The notes under the pieces: generated by a model
What the model was told of the DNA's origin: nothing
What the model saw: only the letters and a program-made list of their open reading frames with translations
Database searches by the model: none
Translations under genes and position numbers: made by a program
Part shown: piece by piece, positions 24,886 through 64,000 of the stretch
Layout: every line of letters begins with the position of its first letter
How positions within the stretch are numbered: the stretch's first letter is position 1
Origin: Eledone cirrhosa
Lineage: Eukaryota
Assembly: GCA_964016885.1 (NCBI GenBank)
Contig: OZ024754.1
Location: 25,172,001 to 25,236,000, forward strand
Length of the DNA stretch: 64,000 nucleotides
Reading direction: 5' to 3'

Positions 24886-25600
24886 TGTCTCCTTACTGTC
24901 TGTTATTGGGATGCAGATAATTTTGATGGTGTCACTGACAACAATGGACGTATTATTATTTTTTGCAAAAATGATTCAAATAAAAACATGAAACCATTTC
25001 TCTCTCTCTCTCACTCTCTCTCTATCTCTCTCACTCTCTCTTTCTCTGTCTCTCTGTATGTCTGTGTAAGGGCTTTTGGAAGTGGTCAGGCTGGATGTTC
25101 GTGTACATATAGTCCCTTTTGTTTTGATACGCCATACAAGGTGGTGCTGAAAAGTTCCTGGCTTTGGGTAAAAGAAAATAGAGGAGGATCAGTTAATTAT
25201 TATTTTATTCAACATATTCCCCTCACAGATGCACACACTTATTTCAACAGTCCTACCTCCTCTCTTAAGGTAACAGCTCTACCCAGTATTCTCTCGTATA
25301 ACTGATTTTATTGAAAGTCAAAATTAAATGAAGAATTTATTATATTTACACATATTTTGTTATCCTCTTCGATTTATTGTATTCTATTTAATTGCTAGAT
25401 TTGCTCCTGAAGCAAAAGACAAAATAAATCCTTATGCCTAAATGCCATTTGGAATGGGACCAAGAATCTGTATAGGAATTAAAATGGAAAGATTCGAAGT
25501 TAAGCTAGCCATTGTTAGCACACTCAGAAAATATAAATTTGTGAAATCTCCTAAAACCGAGGTAATATGAAACTTTTTGTTCTTCTTCCATTTATTCCTG

Positions 25601-64000
<38,400 letters not shown>

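Larger units (their letters stand above)
18590..25600 (+). pseudogene. Partial unprocessed duplicate (pseudogene) of the P450, equivalent to ~1450-9398
   Basis: Near-identical introns and exons (18918-19006, 21253-21374, 21799-21928, 22823-22980, 23142-23375, 24051-24188, 25399-25561). Lesions: 149-bp exon deleted (junction ~20057); +1 T giving TGA 21309-21311; acceptor CAG>CAT at 21798; LINE insertion 23173-23337; TAC>TAA at 25439-25441; first and last exons missing. Confidence 0.93.

Overview
AT-rich, intron-containing animal DNA; the SINE-like repeats look cephalopod (octopus-like), which is an inference. 755-10016 holds the 3' ten coding exons of an intact-looking clan-3 (CYP3A-like) cytochrome P450 with an atypical I-helix (AAHLTT). 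A partial, multiply inactivated duplicate lies at ~18590-25600. Between the two copies are TA tracts, hammerhead-bearing short repeats, a 2.1-kb degenerate TTAGGG/TTGGGG tract and a 31-bp satellite containing CCCTAA. The duplicate is cut off by a Penelope-like retroelement remnant. From 27433 to the window end runs a 310-bp satellite (~100 monomers). Main finding: each monomer encodes a minimal type I hammerhead ribozyme on the minus strand inside a structured RNA. Dispersed relatives in the window keep the fold through compensatory changes, including a U3-A8 core. This points to a TA-targeting retrozyme/Penelope-like system that has expanded into a >36-kb ribozyme satellite. All folds and alignments were done by eye; ribozyme activity is untested.
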